From the IMG/VR virus record IMGVR_UViG_3300012165_000001, positions 1 to 57,320 of that record: a stretch of 57,320 nucleotides of DNA, one strand, 5' to 3'. Positions 42,146-50,159 of this stretch are shown here, one piece after another; the first letter of the stretch is position 1; every line of letters starts with the position of its first letter. A program made the position numbers and the translations under genes. Below the pieces are notes generated by a model. The model had not been told where the DNA came from and searched no databases. It was given only the letters and a program-made list of their open reading frames with translations. The DNA comes from a virus.

Positions 42146-42188
42146 CAAAATAAAAAAGCCGCCCACTTCCAATAAGGAAATGAACGGC
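42146..42188 (-). terminator. Strong intrinsic terminator inside the late operon, after the radical-SAM cassette
   Basis: Minus strand: GCCGTTCATTTCC-ttatt-GGAAGTGGGCGGC (13 bp including G-U pairs), followed by TTTTTTATTTT. Confidence 0.7.
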
Positions 42189-42214
42189 TCTGACGGCTCT
42201 AGTTATTTGTTTTT

Positions 42215-42310
42215 TTATCCGCAATGCCCGCCTCCGGAATCGCCTCCGCAATGTCCGAATCCTGCCTGCTTGCTTCTCCGGTACATCCATTTGCAAAATT
42301 TAGTCCACAT
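42215..42310 (-). CDS. 31-codon Cys/Gly/His-rich micro-ORF, MWTKFCKWMYRRSKQAGFGHCGGDSGGGHCG (candidate precursor peptide), not in the ORF track
   Basis: ATG lies 3 nt after the radical-SAM stop. AAAGGAG RBS 7 nt upstream. Duplicated GHCG motif. Confidence 0.5.
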   Translation of the reverse strand: MWTKFCKWMYRRSKQAGFGHCGGDSGGGHCG

Positions 42311-42313
42311 AAT

Positions 42314-43198
42314 TTAACTCCTTTCTTTCATCCAACCGCCTTGTATTGTGCCGTCCTCATAGACAACGCCAAAATGACGATTATCAATAATTGGATTTCT
42401 TGTAACTGTTTTCGCAATCATCTTAATACCATCCGCAAATGAAGCTTTCAGGGATGATTCGCAAATAAAGCAACTTCGCTTTAGCAATACTGGCGTTTTG
42501 AGCTTCGCGCCCATTACGTTTTCAGTATCAATATATGTTTGACAGCCGCCGAAATATGGCGACGGCATTTTTATACCGAATATTTCTTCAAAAGATTTAT
42601 AATCTGCTGTTGAATGCTGAATTTCCGATAGCTTAAAGGAATTAAACCCAAATTTATCATAATGCAAAAGACATTTCGTTATCGTCTCGCGTGTGTCCAG
42701 CAAGCTTTTTACAATATTTAGATTTATCCTGATTTTTTCCTTCATCGGAATATTTGCATAAAATTCTTGGCGGTCATATTGAGATTTGTAGCCACGGATT
42801 TTATCGGCAATTTCCTCATTGTGGTGTTGCACAGACATATTGAAGCCATCTAGCAATCCCAAAACATCAGTAAATAGCGGGTTATCTTTGCAGGTTTTCG
42901 GAACGGATGATGTGCAATATACTTTCAATGCAGTTTCGCTTTTGATTGCCTTGATAAAATTCAGCATTTCTTCAATAAACAAGCAGGGTTCGCCGCCTAA
43001 AATCAAAACATCATCAAATCCGGTTTGTTTCTCAATTATGGCATTTGCCATTGCCCGCCAGTTTGGTTTTCCTCTGTTCACAGTTATGGAATCTCTGTCA
43101 ACACAAAATGCGCATTTATTATCACAAAACTTAGTGAAATGCACATCATATGAATTGTAAATGCCATCACAGCAATTACGGTTGAATGATTGTATCAT
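42314..43198 (-). CDS. Radical SAM enzyme of unassigned subfamily
   Basis: FCDNKCAFCVD CxxxCxxC motif, VLILGGEPCLF, and C-terminal Cys in GGC and CFIC. Confidence 0.75.
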   Translation of the reverse strand: MIQSFNRNCCDGIYNSYDVHFTKFCDNKCAFCVDRDSITVNRGKPNWRAMANAIIEKQTGFDDVLILGGEPCLFIEEMLNFIKAIKSETALKVYCTSSVPKTCKDNPLFTDVLGLLDGFNMSVQHHNEEIADKIRGYKSQYDRQEFYANIPMKEKIRINLNIVKSLLDTRETITKCLLHYDKFGFNSFKLSEIQHSTADYKSFEEIFGIKMPSPYFGGCQTYIDTENVMGAKLKTPVLLKRSCFICESSLKASFADGIKMIAKTVTRNPIIDNRHFGVVYEDGTIQGGWMKERS

Positions 43199-43421
43199 CT
43201 TCTCGGCTCTCCTTTTTCGGCTCTAATGGTGTTTCAATATGGATTGTCTTTGCGTCTGGCCATAGTTTACGGGGGTCAGTTTCGATTTTGATTTTTTCTT
43301 TACAGCCTCGACACAACACATAGACATTGCCCTGCTCGTCACGCTCCGCCACAATCTTTGCGCGGTCGTGGCAATTACATCTTATCTGTTCGATAATATC
43401 ACCACCTTTTTTGAAGTCCAT
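43176..43421 (-). CDS. Small zinc-binding protein
   Basis: CNCH...CRGC pairs; overlaps the radical-SAM start by 23 nt. Confidence 0.5.
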   Translation of the reverse strand: MDFKKGGDIIEQIRCNCHDRAKIVAERDEQGNVYVLCRGCKEKIKIETDPRKLWPDAKTIHIETPLEPKKESREDDTIIQP

Positions 43422-43433
43422 CAGGACGCAGGG

Positions 43434-43760
43434 TTATATTGCTTCAATTTCTTTGAACGCCGCCAACATCTTAGGAAATTGCATAGCAATCCAATGTACA
43501 CAAAATTCATTATCTAAAACCGTATTCAATGCGCCGGATTCAGTGATGAATGCATGTACAAGCTCATGCCTCTTAATGAGTTTTTTCCTTTCCGTCTTTT
43601 CATTTTCGTTGGCATGCTTATCATTCGCAAACGGTTCTTTTTCCACCAAGATATATTTATCGTAATTGCTACAAAAGCCATCTGCATTTTCAAGTATTCC
43701 GTTTTCCTTTTGCGTAGTTTCCATGATTTCATATTCTGCGCCAAGAATAGTGACTTTCAT
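43434..43760 (-). CDS. Small HExxH metallopeptidase-like protein
   Basis: KRHELVHAFITESG contains HELVH; GGAGGA RBS. Confidence 0.5.
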   Translation of the reverse strand: MKVTILGAEYEIMETTQKENGILENADGFCSNYDKYILVEKEPFANDKHANENEKTERKKLIKRHELVHAFITESGALNTVLDNEFCVHWIAMQFPKMLAAFKEIEAI

Positions 43761-43805
43761 TTATATCCTCCACAATGTATTCACGCATAGCGCCGCGCCG
43801 CGAGA

Positions 43806-44228
43806 TTAGGTTGCGCCCTTACTCTGCAAATAAGCCTTGAAATCTCTGTTGAAGCGCTCCGGAAGTTGCCGTTGGATACGGTCAATAGGAATCGTCATGA
43901 TGAAATATCCATCCCGCCAAGAGCCGTTGACATTTCTTGCTCCGAACTCAATAAACGAGCTGTAATCCTGGGGATTGCCCAGAGTAACCTCAAGATCATT
44001 GCCCACTCTCCTAACATCACTGACATACCACGATAATAGCATGGCTCTAGTGTCAACCGTTTTGCCCGTTGCCGCATAAACTTCGTTGTGACGTTCTATT
44101 ATTTTGTCAAGTGCTCGGTTGGCCTCTCTCAAGAAAAATTTCTCAATCCAACTTGGGAATTCTTCAAAGGCTTTAATATTGTTTTTTAGAAATTGTTCTA
44201 ACTGTGAAAAATCGGCGTTTTTGCTCAA
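43806..44228 (-). CDS. Head-associated protein (possibly HK97 gp10-like)
   Basis: Coupled (ATGA) to the gp7-like gene; 140 aa. Confidence 0.4.
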   Translation of the reverse strand: MSKNADFSQLEQFLKNNIKAFEEFPSWIEKFFLREANRALDKIIERHNEVYAATGKTVDTRAMLLSWYVSDVRRVGNDLEVTLGNPQDYSSFIEFGARNVNGSWRDGYFIMTIPIDRIQRQLPERFNRDFKAYLQSKGAT

Positions 44229-45232
44229 GGTACGTACCTCACTTTTCCATTATCCAACGGGGTCAGCCCTTTTCTCCATCGACTAAAGCTTAAGTCTGCC
44301 GGGATTTCGATTACCTTGCCGTTTTCGTCCGTTGCAAGTCTAACCGCTCTTGGATATAGGGCATCAATTTCATCTTTTGGCAGATACGGCCTTGTACCCG
44401 TACGGCAGTTTGGGTGAAATGGGTTTGCGGTAACTCCTGGTTGATATTCGCTTACTTTGAATATTTTGCCGTGCATCTCTTCGCAAATCTCTGATGTTTT
44501 GTGGTCTAAAACTGCATCAATCTTGTATTCTTCGATTCCAGCCGCTATGTAGCCTTTAAGCCTACCGTCACCAGCTATCTTGTTGAACTCCGTGCGGGCT
44601 AACCGGACGCCGTTGTATTCGCTTGTCTGCATAGCGTCGGATATGTTTTTCCCGATAATTCTGGGGCTTTGCCCAAGCGCCATACCTTGCGGAATTATCC
44701 TTTCCAGATTTAAGGTAAGCCGGTCTTTGTTCGCCCAAATCCTGTCTGAATAACTCTCCCCCAGCCATTTAGTCGAAACTGCGCTCTCTATCATTTTTGT
44801 ATTTAAGGATGAAAAACTGCTTGCCATACCAAACGCTTGATTGAAATCAAACATTGTGCGTAGATAGCTTTCCTCGTAGACGGTTCCAAGCCCTATCCTG
44901 AATGCGTCCTGCTCCTGCGCATACAATTTCTCAATCTGAAATTGCACGTCCGCTTGTAATGCTTCCAAGCGGCTCACGGCTGATTTTAGGGATAGTTGCC
45001 GGTGTAGCTTTTGGCGATAGGCGGGGTCGAATGCGTAGCCGGTAGCCTTGATTGCCTCGTAATATTCCTGCGTCTGTTCAAGATAGGATTTCAGCTCGGA
45101 TTTATTCAGGGCTTTCCGGGCATCTTCGAGGGATACGCCGACATCTCTTGCGTAGCGGCCATAGAACACTTCCAGTTCACACTGTATGGCCTTTTGCGCT
45201 TCTCTGTAGAGTTTTGAGAGATCGGCGTTCAT
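44225..45232 (-). CDS. Head morphogenesis protein, SPP1 gp7 family
   Basis: C-terminal region with TANPFHPNCRTGTRPY, typical of the family. Confidence 0.75.
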   Translation of the reverse strand: MNADLSKLYREAQKAIQCELEVFYGRYARDVGVSLEDARKALNKSELKSYLEQTQEYYEAIKATGYAFDPAYRQKLHRQLSLKSAVSRLEALQADVQFQIEKLYAQEQDAFRIGLGTVYEESYLRTMFDFNQAFGMASSFSSLNTKMIESAVSTKWLGESYSDRIWANKDRLTLNLERIIPQGMALGQSPRIIGKNISDAMQTSEYNGVRLARTEFNKIAGDGRLKGYIAAGIEEYKIDAVLDHKTSEICEEMHGKIFKVSEYQPGVTANPFHPNCRTGTRPYLPKDEIDALYPRAVRLATDENGKVIEIPADLSFSRWRKGLTPLDNGKVRYVP

Positions 45233-45360
45233 TTCTTCGGCGGTTTTTTCGGCGGCGAGAATGACTCTCTCGGCACGTTCAGACCAGTAACGCTCTTGCG
45301 CTTCCTTTGGTTTGTTAAGTATAGAAATGGAATGTCACCACCTTTAGCGGGCTACAACCG

Positions 45361-45384
45361 GGAGGGATGGGGGGAGGGATGGGG
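45361..45384. repeat. Perfect tandem 12-mer GGAGGGATGGGG x2, forming a G-tract run on the plus strand
   Basis: Read at 45361-45372 and 45373-45384. Followed by the hairpin GGGGG-cataatcg-CCCCC. Confidence 0.85.
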
Positions 45385-45400
45385 GCATAATCGCCCCCCG

Positions 45401-46186
45401 TTAATCATCCATTCCCAAAACCCATTGCAATGCTTTCCGTTGCACTATCGTATATGGGTCATTTCCACACAATTCCTTTATTCGCCTTTCAATCTCCCGG
45501 CGCGTCCTCATTTTCGGCGCTGCCTTATTCTCTGGAGAAGCAGCGGCGCTTTTCATTGTATGAACCGTGGGCTTTTCGCCGCGCTGTTTTATATCCTCAT
45601 AGCGTCTGACCTGTTCTTCGCGAGAATGACCGGACATTTGCAAGGCGGCTGTCGCGGAAACCTCACCATTCCCAACGGCCTCTTTTATTTGGGTCGGTAA
45701 TTCATCCACTGCTAACCACTGATCTACAGCCTGCCGGGTAACGCCAAAGACAACGGCGATCTGCTGAGGCGCATAACCCATATTAAGTAACTTGCGGGCT
45801 TTTTCGCCCTTGTTGATAACACTATCTTCGCGCCGAATTTCATTTTCTGATATTAGAACGCCGAACAAATCAACGTCAGAACCGCCGCGGACTATTGCCG
45901 GTATCAGTAGAGGCGGCTTGCCCTCTGCCGCAAAGCGCCGGTTTACCTCCAACGCGGCCTTTGTGCGTCCGCGTCCTGCGACAACCTCTATTGCGTCTCC
46001 GTTCTTGCGAACAATGATAGGTTCCAATACCCCGTGCATGGCGATATTGGCGATCATGCTTTCGCTTGGTTCATTCTCGACACGTGGGTCATACAGTGGA
46101 TGATTCTTGTCTGTCACCAATGTTAGGCGCTCCGGCTCTAACTTGAAAATGTCGCCCCTCTTTGCATCAATAGCACTCTTTCCCAT
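45401..46186 (-). CDS. ParB/Spo0J-like N-terminal domain protein with an HTH (start at 46186)
   Basis: HGVLEPIIVRKNGDAIEVVAGRGRTKAA (ParB box) and GYAPQQIAVVFGVTRQAVDQW HTH; AGGAGG RBS. Confidence 0.75.
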   Translation of the reverse strand: MGKSAIDAKRGDIFKLEPERLTLVTDKNHPLYDPRVENEPSESMIANIAMHGVLEPIIVRKNGDAIEVVAGRGRTKAALEVNRRFAAEGKPPLLIPAIVRGGSDVDLFGVLISENEIRREDSVINKGEKARKLLNMGYAPQQIAVVFGVTRQAVDQWLAVDELPTQIKEAVGNGEVSATAALQMSGHSREEQVRRYEDIKQRGEKPTVHTMKSAAASPENKAAPKMRTRREIERRIKELCGNDPYTIVQRKALQWVLGMDD

Positions 46187-46212
46187 GATAAACCTCCTAC
46201 CCATATATTTGA

Positions 46213-46286
46213 GCATGAAAAGGGAGAGGCGGGTTAAACCTCTCCGTCGGCTGTACAACCGTTTCATGCTGTAAAAGCCTATTGGC
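46213..46286 (-). repeat. Structured intergenic repeat, copy b
   Basis: Plus strand: GCATGAAAAGGGAGAGGCGGGTTAAACCTCTCCGTCGGCTGTACAACCGTTTCATGCTGTAAAAGCCTATTGGC. Confidence 0.8.
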
Positions 46287-47817
46287 TATTTACCGTTTCT
46301 TCCCGCTCCCGCGCCAACCGCTCGTTTTCTTCTCTCAGCCTTGCAAGTTCGCGTTCTGTGTTCATGTCGGATAGGGCTGCTTCTTCCTCTTGCTTCCGGC
46401 GCTGTTGTTCGATCTCGTGGGATTCGACGGCGGGATTATAATTGTCAATAGTTTCCTGGCTTATTCCGGTAGCCATAAGCTTGACGGTATCTTCGATATA
46501 CTGCGATTCATTGATAAGCATATCTCTGTTGAGAGTAGGGATTAAATTATATTTCGCCCATTGCTCGGACGTTCCAATGCCGCGAAAATTAAACCAAATA
46601 TCGACAAAGTATTTAAGCTGCTGTGTCATAAACACCTCAAATTCAGGTTCAAGCCCGTCCGTATAGGTGTCTAACCCCTGATAGCGGAATTCAAGCGCAA
46701 CGCCGGATGTATCGCTTGTTGTATCGCTATCTGGTGACATAATCATCTGTGCGGCTTTTCGTATGTTCTTTTCAAGGATTTTAAGCGCTGTTTCCATTGC
46801 GACAATTTCAGGACTGGCTTGCACATAATACGCTTTACCGCCCGTCCCGATTGCTACAATGCGGGAATTTTGCATAATGGCGCGTTGCTTTATCAGATCG
46901 CCCAATTCCGGCGAATACCCTTCAAGGGCGAGAACGGGGTCAAGCGCGTCCGCTATTGCGTCAACCATTTTGCTCTGGAGCGCATCGTAGCTGTCTACAA
47001 GCTGCCGAATTGGATTGAGTATAGGAAGTTCTTCTTCGTTTCCTTTGAAGAAAATAAACGGCACCCTGCTCCATTCAAGCGCCCCGAATACAGGATGTTC
47101 CATGTGACCTGTCGGCTGCGGATAATCGGGGTCTGGCTCTAGTGTGCCGTTCCCCTTATCAATATATCGTTCAACAATTTCCTTATCCCAATATTCGACC
47201 TTGGTGATTTCCTCGCGGTTGCCGTCCGCGTCGTACTGGATAACCTTGTAGTCTCGAACGATTGCGTCAAGGATAGTATGCTCCTTATCGGCCCATGCTG
47301 GATATATCTGCTCCGAATCCACATGCTCAATGATTAAATCGCCAGCTTGGTCGATTTTAACAAATGCCCAACCAATACCCTTGTTGATTGCACCTTGCTT
47401 TCCGATACGCTTTATAGTCTTCCTGCGGGCAGGGGAGAGATATTTTGACCATTCATCAAGATATATTGCGGCCTGCGGGTCTTCCGTACCGTCCGGTAAA
47501 GGGCTTTCCACGCTTATAGAAAATGGTTTACCCATTGCATAATTGCTTTTTTCGGTGACGCTTTCACGAACGAACGCAGACGGAATCTTAGCGTTTGACA
47601 GTGTAGAGTTCCCGCCATATTCGGGCAAGTCGCGGCGCTTTTTCAATATGGTTGTGTTGCGGACCATGAAGTATTCTTCAGCATCAAGCATATCCTTGAT
47701 AATATGCGCCCTATCGCCTGTACGCCATTCTTTAAGCGTAATGCGGGTAAAGTCCTTATTGCTACGCCCTCTGCCCATAAATTCAATTTTAGTGCCGATC
47801 AATTCGGTTTCGGTCAA
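46279..47817 (-). CDS. Portal protein (SPP1 gp6-like); TTG start
   Basis: 512 aa. AAAGGAG lies 7 nt before the TTG. Acidic coiled C-terminus. Positioned between the terminase region and the head genes. Confidence 0.85.
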   Translation of the reverse strand: MTETELIGTKIEFMGRGRSNKDFTRITLKEWRTGDRAHIIKDMLDAEEYFMVRNTTILKKRRDLPEYGGNSTLSNAKIPSAFVRESVTEKSNYAMGKPFSISVESPLPDGTEDPQAAIYLDEWSKYLSPARRKTIKRIGKQGAINKGIGWAFVKIDQAGDLIIEHVDSEQIYPAWADKEHTILDAIVRDYKVIQYDADGNREEITKVEYWDKEIVERYIDKGNGTLEPDPDYPQPTGHMEHPVFGALEWSRVPFIFFKGNEEELPILNPIRQLVDSYDALQSKMVDAIADALDPVLALEGYSPELGDLIKQRAIMQNSRIVAIGTGGKAYYVQASPEIVAMETALKILEKNIRKAAQMIMSPDSDTTSDTSGVALEFRYQGLDTYTDGLEPEFEVFMTQQLKYFVDIWFNFRGIGTSEQWAKYNLIPTLNRDMLINESQYIEDTVKLMATGISQETIDNYNPAVESHEIEQQRRKQEEEAALSDMNTERELARLREENERLAREREETVNSQ

Positions 47818-47851
47818 GGTATCACTCCTTTCTTGTAGGGTGAGCGGGGGA

Positions 47852-48175
47852 TTAAATCAAACAAACTGCAATCTGTAATAGGTGAAAAGTCTGGTCAATA
47901 TTAAAGCTGGCCTTATCCGACAACCCCATCTTTTTGTAATATCCTCGGCACTTCCATCCGTCCATGAGCAAATGTCCAACAAAAAGCTGTATCAATTTCC
48001 ACCATGCAAATATGCCGAAATATTGAAGTCCGAAAGCTATGCCCATAGCCCATATGAAACAATGGACAAATAAGGCATAATTGCTTTTCTGTTTCCATTC
48101 GGCCAAGAAAAAGTTTTGCAATGGATAATCGCATATATAGTTAATCATGACCAGAACTAAAAATGTCCACAACAT
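47852..48175 (-). CDS. Multi-TM membrane protein (DUF3307-like)
   Basis: Four hydrophobic segments; ICDYPLQ and GHLLMD motifs. Confidence 0.5.
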   Translation of the reverse strand: MLWTFLVLVMINYICDYPLQNFFLAEWKQKSNYALFVHCFIWAMGIAFGLQYFGIFAWWKLIQLFVGHLLMDGWKCRGYYKKMGLSDKASFNIDQTFHLLQIAVCLI

Positions 48176-48342
48176 CCAAAGTTATCCTCCTGTCCGAACA
48201 TTGCCGGCCCGCCAAAGTATGGATTAGGCCGCCATGCCCATGTTGTTAATGTATGCATGAGCGCAAGCTGATAAAGGCAAGATTCCAATTCTTCACGTTC
48301 TTGCTGCTGCTTTGCCTTTTTCTTTTTAATCCGCCTGTTCAT
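48157..48342 (-). CDS. Hypothetical small protein
   Basis: 61-aa ORF with a basic N-terminus. Confidence 0.4.
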   Translation of the reverse strand: MNRRIKKKKAKQQQEREELESCLYQLALMHTLTTWAWRPNPYFGGPAMFGQEDNFGCCGHF

Positions 48343-48396
48343 TCTCTCCCGCTCCCTTCCCGCATTAAAAATCCCGCTGGTGAGCGGGGTGGGTTA

Positions 48397-48723
48397 TTAT
48401 TTCAATTTGTTTTCATCAAACGGAGGATAGGTGATTTTCGCCTTGCATCTTTGCGTTTTACCGTTTTTGTAGTAGGCTTTCCATGAATCACCCTGTTCCT
48501 CGCCCTCTCCGCACAATTCAAAGATAACGTCAGGGTGCAGGAGAGACAGGCGCTTCATATCGTTGTCATGCTCATACCATTTACACGATTGCCCCATATC
48601 TCCATATTCATCAACGGCATATCTCAAATATTCAAATTCGCCGTCAGGAATATCGGCAAGAATTTCAGAAATGTCTTTATAACTGTTATGCGTACCAAGG
48701 CTATAGCTAGTCAAATATCCCAT
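48397..48723 (-). CDS. Hypothetical protein (start at 48723)
   Basis: AAAGGAG RBS. Confidence 0.5.
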   Translation of the reverse strand: MGYLTSYSLGTHNSYKDISEILADIPDGEFEYLRYAVDEYGDMGQSCKWYEHDNDMKRLSLLHPDVIFELCGEGEEQGDSWKAYYKNGKTQRCKAKITYPPFDENKLK

Positions 48724-48758
48724 TTTATACACTCCTTTTAATATCGCTCCAATTTTAC

Positions 48759-48836
48759 GCATAGAAAAGAGCCGGGGGAGCGTTCCCGGCTCACGGCCAT
48801 GCACAACCGTCTATGCTATATGAAAAGCCTGTGGGC
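48759..48836 (-). repeat. Structured intergenic repeat, copy c
   Basis: Plus strand: GCATAGAAAAGAGCCGGGGGAGCGTTCCCGGCTCACGGCCATGCACAACCGTCTATGCTATATGAAAAGCCTGTGGGC. Confidence 0.8.
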
Positions 48837-48864
48837 TAATCATTTGGATGTAGCCTAATGTAAC

Positions 48865-49026
48865 TTATCGCGCCCAAGTTACTTTTAAGATATACTTGCC
48901 ATTGTCTCCATATTGGATTTCAGCGGCTGAACCGCACTTAGGACATTTTACCCAATCAATCCTAATGCTGATATCGTTAACGTCATCAACGCATTTCATT
49001 TGCGTATGACATGTAAGGCATTCCAT
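48865..49026 (-). CDS. 53-aa zinc-ribbon protein, not in the ORF track
   Basis: MECLTCHTQMKC...VKCPKCGSAAE. Confidence 0.4.
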   Translation of the reverse strand: MECLTCHTQMKCVDDVNDISIRIDWVKCPKCGSAAEIQYGDNGKYILKVTWAR

Positions 49027-49027
49027 C

Positions 49028-49222
49028 CTAACCCCTCCGCAATCCGCACAACGGGCGTTGTTCGATTACTTCTCCGTTTTTCATGACTGCACCACAATTA
49101 GGGCAAACGGGCTCCAACCCTCCGCAGTTGTGTTTAAAGCATTGATTGCACACATAGCCCTTTATCCACTTGGGCAAATTATTAATGTAATATTCCTCTC
49201 CATCGAAATTCATAAAATCCAC
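49028..49222 (-). CDS. Zinc-ribbon protein
   Basis: CNQCFKHNCGG..CPNCG. Confidence 0.45.
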   Translation of the reverse strand: MDFMNFDGEEYYINNLPKWIKGYVCNQCFKHNCGGLEPVCPNCGAVMKNGEVIEQRPLCGLRRG

Positions 49223-49394
49223 CTCTCAAAAAGCCGCTGATAGCGGGTTTATAAGTTCTATTTCGCTAAAGATTCATTTAGTAACGCTAAAAACACTATT
49301 TTTGTGCATGATTACCCGACTTTTGCGCGGGAACATATTTTCAACATAGTTTTCAACGGTTAGATTGCACAAAAACGTGTTTCTTGCGGAAAAT

Positions 49395-49841
49395 TCATCC
49401 CGCCAAAAACTCTAATTGCTTACACATAATTCGTGCGACAGGCTCGCCTTCATGCTTCTTTGCGTGGCAAGCCTTGCAAAGAGTTTGCAGATTATCCAAG
49501 CTGTTACTCCCACCGTCTGCTCTGTGCACTATGTGGTGAACGTCCAGCATATCAGTGGCTCCGCACTCCACGCACATAAATCCGTCACGTAGTTTCGCTA
49601 GCTTTCTTATGCTTGCAAACTCGCTATTCTTTTTGTTTGCAAGTTTACGCTTTTCACTTATTTTTCGCCGATTTTCTTTTTTGGACATCCTTGCCATAAA
49701 CTTATTATGTATTTTGTCAAGCGTATCATATCGCCACGCGCCAGCCTCACCCTTATATGTTCCCCAAAATATTCCATGCCTCATTTTGGTTATAACATAT
49801 TCTCCAAATGCATATGGAAGACTTCTAGGTATTTCCATCAA
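49395..49841 (-). CDS. HNH endonuclease (terminase-associated type)
   Basis: CVECGATDMLDVHHIVHRADGGSNSLDNLQTLCKACHAKKH. Confidence 0.85.
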   Translation of the reverse strand: MMEIPRSLPYAFGEYVITKMRHGIFWGTYKGEAGAWRYDTLDKIHNKFMARMSKKENRRKISEKRKLANKKNSEFASIRKLAKLRDGFMCVECGATDMLDVHHIVHRADGGSNSLDNLQTLCKACHAKKHEGEPVARIMCKQLEFLAG

Positions 49842-49919
49842 AGATTCTCCTTAACCATGCATAGTTGTTGGGCTGTTTTCGTTGCATATAAATACACAAC
49901 GTGGGATTTGAACAAAAGG

Positions 49920-50105
49920 TTATTCTTGTTCCCTATTAGTGAATATCTTTAGCCACTCTACGTCTGCGGCTTCGATCCATCGTATGGTATCTTCCCGATA
50001 CTCCATCGGCGTATCGTTATAATCACCAGACCAATACTCTGCATTCGTACATCCATATAGCTGAATTGAGCCATACAGCACCGACAAAAGCTGCTTTACA
50101 GTCAT
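49920..50105 (-). CDS. Hypothetical small protein (start at 50105)
   Basis: AAAGGAG RBS. Confidence 0.45.
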   Translation of the reverse strand: MTVKQLLSVLYGSIQLYGCTNAEYWSGDYNDTPMEYREDTIRWIEAADVEWLKIFTNREQE

Positions 50106-50159
50106 ATTCAATCTCCTTTGCGCTTTCACCGCCCAACAAAAACCCATTCGCGGCTGTTG

